DNA of 64,000 nucleotides from Coleofasciculus chthonoplastes F2-STO-03 (GTDB lineage Bacteria; Cyanobacteriota; Cyanobacteriia; Cyanobacteriales; Coleofasciculaceae): NCBI GenBank assembly GCA_040222015.1, contig JAVJWO010000165.1, positions 1 to 64,000 of the forward strand, read 5' to 3'. Shown piece by piece: positions 60,303 to 64,000 of this stretch (position 1 is its first letter; each line of letters starts with the position of its first letter). The notes under the pieces were generated by a model. It saw only the letters and a program-made list of their open reading frames with translations, ran no database searches and was not told where the DNA came from. The position numbers and the translations under genes were made by a program.

Positions 60303-60815
60303 TCATGGCATTACAATCAACGTATTATCCTCTCGCCGCAACACATAAACCGTTTGGTTAGGTGCGATCGCAAGTTCGGGATCGGCACAACAGGCTTGCC
60401 AAGAGGAACCCTCATACATCACTCGTCCCGTTTCTCCCGGTAATATCTCGGTTAACACCTGGGCTTGAGTCGCCTCTGGGATAGTATATTTAGGACGCCG
60501 AATCAACATAGGGCGCAACCAGATCGCAAACGCAAAGGATAATCCCATCCAATACATCACCTGTAAGCTAAACCCGTCATACATCAGAAATTGCCACTCA
60601 AACCCCAGTGCGATCGCGCCCTGCCATACAATAAATGAGACAAGTAGCGCACCTACACCCATCATTAGGGCAATAAACCGGAATCGCTTCGCCCAAGATT
60701 TGGGGATAAAGAATTCAACTAGGCAAAGTAGAACACCTGCAATCAGCCAAAATATAGGGGGAGTAATCCGAAAGGTTGATTGAGTCGTCGCCTGTGCCAA
60801 AACTTGGGATAACAC
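60303..60815 (-). CDS. NfeD family protein (paralogue)
   Basis: GRVMYEGSSWQA, VYVLRREDNTLIV. Confidence 0.85.
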   Translation of the reverse strand: MLSQVLAQATTQSTFRITPPIFWLIAGVLLCLVEFFIPKSWAKRFRFIALMMGVGALLVSFIVWQGAIALGFEWQFLMYDGFSLQVMYWMGLSFAFAIWLRPMLIRRPKYTIPEATQAQVLTEILPGETGRVMYEGSSWQACCADPELAIAPNQTVYVLRREDNTLIVMP

Positions 60816-61074
60816 ATGAATGTCCTCGTGAACTCAGTTAATCGCAAGGGTTTTTTCTTGCTAATTCCTATTAAACTCGGTGGTGATTTGAGTTCGTGAT
60901 GGAGTTATTTGAGTTCTTATCGAGTTCTCATCGACTTCCGAGTCAGTCTGTCATTCGTCATACTCGCGCAAGCGAGAAGCAAGCTACGTCATTTGTCATT
61001 TGTCATTATTTAACCGTTAAGGAGGTAAAGACTCGTAGGGTGCGTTAGCGTAGCGTAACGCACCTTTACCCCTG

Positions 61075-61251
61075 GATCAAACTAAACGATATGTCGAACA
61101 TTTTTCTAAGACAGACACTAAACAATGGTCATTACGCGAATATGACGAATCAGATGAGGCGATCTCGTTCTCCTCACTCGATTTTGAAATTTCTTTAACT
61201 GATGCGTATAACAAGGTTAAATTCGAACCAGAAAATGCTGAGTATGAATAA
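61075..61251 (+). pseudogene. C-terminal fragment of a Uma2 family gene
   Basis: Translates DQTKRYVEHFSK...WSLREY...LTDAYNKV; 5' part replaced by a repeat. Confidence 0.6.
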
Positions 61252-61405
61252 TATAACACTAAGCATTGAGGGTAATACATTCACAAATTAACAATGGATA
61301 AAATTCTGTAGGGGCGGGTTTCACGACCACCTTTTGGGTTACACCCAGATGTAACTAAACCCGCCCCGAATCAGGGTTCTAGACTTACAGTAAAATGTTA
61401 TATCA

Positions 61406-62575
61406 TTAAGCCAATCCCCGCAGCAGTGATTGTACTAATAACTGAAAGTGAGTCGCTTCATGAGTTGCCATAACCGAAATGCGAATCCGACTGGTGGGAA
61501 CCGTAGGAGGACGAATGGCTGGGGCAAAAATACCTACCGTTTTTAGCCGTTGTGCCATGTTCAAAACATCTTTAACATTGGGAAATTGAAGGCACAAAAT
61601 TGGCGATTCAGAGGGCAATATATTCAGCCCCGGTAACTTTTGCTGAATCAAAGACTTGAGCATTTCTACATTCTGCCACAGTCGATCGCGACGTTGCGGT
61701 TCTGTTTGGACAATTTCAACCGCCGTTAACGCCGCTGCTGTATCAGCCGGAGATAATCCGGTGGTATAAATCCAGCTAGGGGCGCGATTTCTCAAGAAAT
61801 CAATCAGAGTCGCTGAACCCGCAATATATCCTCCCAAACTCCCCAATGCTTTACTCAATGTTCCCATTTGAATTAAGGGGTATTCCGTACAACCAAAATG
61901 TTCTACACAGCCTGCACCTGTAATGCCTAAAACACCAGTCGCATGGGCTTCATCGACTAATACCATGCTGCTAAATTGATCCGCTAGTGAAAGAATATCT
62001 GGCAAGGGACATAAATCCCCATCCATACTAAAAACGCTATCAGTTGCAATGAGACAGCGGCGGTAATTGTGGCGATGGTGAACCAGTTGACGCTTTAAGT
62101 CTTCCATATCCCTGTGGATATAGTTGATTACCGTCGCACCACTTAAAATTGCCCCATTCTTGAGGCTAGAGTGATTATACTGATCTGCCAGAATCAGATC
62201 ACGCTTCCCGACTAAAGCCGCGATCGCACCGATATTTGCCAGATAACCCGAACTAAACACCAATGCATCTTCGGTTTGTTTCAGAGATGCGATCGCACAT
62301 TCTAATTCTCGATGCAATTCCCGATGTCCACTGAGTAACCGAGAACCGGTACTACCTGTACCATAGTGCTGAGTCGCTGTAATCGCGGCTTGAATTAAAC
62401 GCTCATCTCCCGCCAATCCTAAATAATCATTACTGGCAAAATTAATGACTTCTTGCCCTTCCAGTTTTACCACCGCACCGGGGCGATTTTGCAGCGTTTG
62501 CACTGAACGATACCAGTTAGCTTTATGGATAGTAGAAAGAGAGTCTTCTAACCAAGCATAAGGATTGGTTGTCAT
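61406..62575 (-). CDS. bioF: 8-amino-7-oxononanoate synthase
   Basis: [38 protein letters not shown]. Confidence 0.96.
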   Translation of the reverse strand: MTTNPYAWLEDSLSTIHKANWYRSVQTLQNRPGAVVKLEGQEVINFASNDYLGLAGDERLIQAAITATQHYGTGSTGSRLLSGHRELHRELECAIASLKQTEDALVFSSGYLANIGAIAALVGKRDLILADQYNHSSLKNGAILSGATVINYIHRDMEDLKRQLVHHRHNYRRCLIATDSVFSMDGDLCPLPDILSLADQFSSMVLVDEAHATGVLGITGAGCVEHFGCTEYPLIQMGTLSKALGSLGGYIAGSATLIDFLRNRAPSWIYTTGLSPADTAAALTAVEIVQTEPQRRDRLWQNVEMLKSLIQQKLPGLNILPSESPILCLQFPNVKDVLNMAQRLKTVGIFAPAIRPPTVPTSRIRISVMATHEATHFQLLVQSLLRGLA

Positions 62576-62849
62576 AAGTAGAAAGTTAACGGTTGAGATT
62601 AGGGAACAGGCAACAGAAAACAAACTGTTCGGCATTTAAAGCCTAATGTAAAAAATTACGAAATCCTTGCTTGTAGTGCGAGCATCTTGCTCGCTATCAT
62701 TCCCAATTTAAATGCGTCTTAGCTTACTCGTTTTCCGTCACGCCAGTAGGGTGGGCATTGCCCACCAGCCTTAATAATCGTGACATTCCACATAAGGTTG
62801 AGATTAGGAAACAGGTAATAGGGAACACACAATTGAAATGTGTCTTAGC

Positions 62850-63065
62850 TTACTCGTTTTCAGAAGCCGGATCAACTTTATCCTGTTGAGTTTCCCTATT
62901 CGTCACACTCTCAACCAAACCCATTTCAAAGGCAATTTCTGGTAAATCTTCAGCCTTATATTTTCCTGGTTGAAACATCTGTCCAGGGGTTAGACACATC
63001 TGTTTGAGTTCAACAACTTCAGTGGGAGCGAATAATCCTTTCCATCTTCTATTCTCAATACCCAT
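62850..63065 (-). CDS. Small hypothetical protein
   Basis: ATG ORF with GGAG RBS upstream. Confidence 0.5.
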   Translation of the reverse strand: MGIENRRWKGLFAPTEVVELKQMCLTPGQMFQPGKYKAEDLPEIAFEMGLVESVTNRETQQDKVDPASENE

Positions 63066-63209
63066 CGCTGATAACTCCTACGGTTATAAAGACGAAATCC
63101 TTGTAGTGCGAGCATCTTGCTCGCTACTAATACCCAATTTAAATGCGTGAAAGCTTATTCCACTATTTTAGCTATTTTAGCGGTACCACAACTGTATTTC
63201 ATACTTGAT

Positions 63210-63839
63210 TTATAAATTTTCTCTCACCCAAGCACGAAACGTTTTCAACAGCGCAATTTCGCCCATTGTTTGACGCTGCTGAAGAAATCGGCTCATTTCA
63301 TTAACGGATACTAAAGGAAAAGCCAAACTAGATTCACACTCAACATATTCTCCTTCTACCCGTTGATAGAATCGCAAAACTTGCCCATTATACCGCCAAA
63401 GTTCAGGGACACCTAGCGCCGAGTAAATCCCCAACTTATCCACAGAACTGCTGGTAATATCAATTTCACTCGCTAAGTCAGGGGGCGGATCAATTTCTAA
63501 ATCAATGTTTTGCCGACCTCGAACAGCGGGTTCATTTTGGATATAATAACAATTATCCGGTTCTATCCCTCGCTTGACTATTTCTCGTTTCAGTGTTGTC
63601 GAACCAGCGCTTTTAATCTCAATGTTTAACTCTTCAGCTAATGCAATAATGAAATTACCCAAATTAGCCTTAGGATTCTCATGGTCAAAACGAGGCGTCC
63701 TAATTTCCAACGTACCGCCGTCATAAGCAAACCGATAACCCCTATCTTCACCCGTTTCTACCAATAATACTTCAAACGTTTGCCAGCTAATATTCCGCAG
63801 GACAGTTCGTTGTTCAGCTAGAGTTGAGCTTATCAACAT
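63210..63839 (-). CDS. Uma2 family endonuclease
   Basis: ISWQTFE, IEPDNCYYI, PPPDLASEID, LGVPELW. Confidence 0.9.
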   Translation of the reverse strand: MLISSTLAEQRTVLRNISWQTFEVLLVETGEDRGYRFAYDGGTLEIRTPRFDHENPKANLGNFIIALAEELNIEIKSAGSTTLKREIVKRGIEPDNCYYIQNEPAVRGRQNIDLEIDPPPDLASEIDITSSSVDKLGIYSALGVPELWRYNGQVLRFYQRVEGEYVECESSLAFPLVSVNEMSRFLQQRQTMGEIALLKTFRAWVRENL

Positions 63840-64000
63840 ACCTATAATCTCAATTGAATGGCACTAACCTACTCTCCCCAAAAACCTCTGCGTACCTCTG
63901 CGCGTACCTCTGCGAACCTCTGCGTTAAAAAAAATCCCTAACCACCCAAAACTGTAGGGTAGGCATTGCCCACCCCACAACTCTACTCCATGACACTCTT

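Noticed and set aside
58669..60815. SPFH/NfeD operon as part of the island
   Set aside because: Opposite strand, a common stand-alone operon, and no shared operator seen

Overview
Chromosomal window from a filamentous cyanobacterium, judged from frequent HIP1 GCGATCGC sites, GACAAAT heptamer arrays, SLH/porin genes and a SepJ-like gene; repeat content is high. The first 48 kb hold housekeeping genes (pepN, gmk, remA, rqcH, rsmI, hemC, GH57, RND adaptor), two IS200/IS605 TnpB elements, a McrBC-like pair, a frameshifted NACHT gene, a dynamin-like gene with a premature stop, tandem C39-like peptidases and a multicopper oxidase/porin cluster. The main feature is a translation-related island at about 48.2-58.4 kb. 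It has a split array of 20 divergent tRNA genes (two damaged), a tRNA-like element and a tRNA-Pro stub behind a promoter with repeated TGTAGTAT sites and an rrn-type boxA. It also carries Macro and NADAR hydrolase genes, a VapBC pair and three non-tRNA structured RNAs. The most striking RNA (about 240 nt, 56021-56258) joins a sarcin-ricin loop and the L11-binding GTPase-associated centre of 23S rRNA inside its own closing stem, with compensatory pair and base-triple changes. A second (about 280 nt, 51262-51543) follows a helical protein gene and encloses a tRNA-like domain and a 7-nt periodic tract. All calls were made by eye; family names and rRNA comparisons are from memory and need HMM/covariance-model confirmation.
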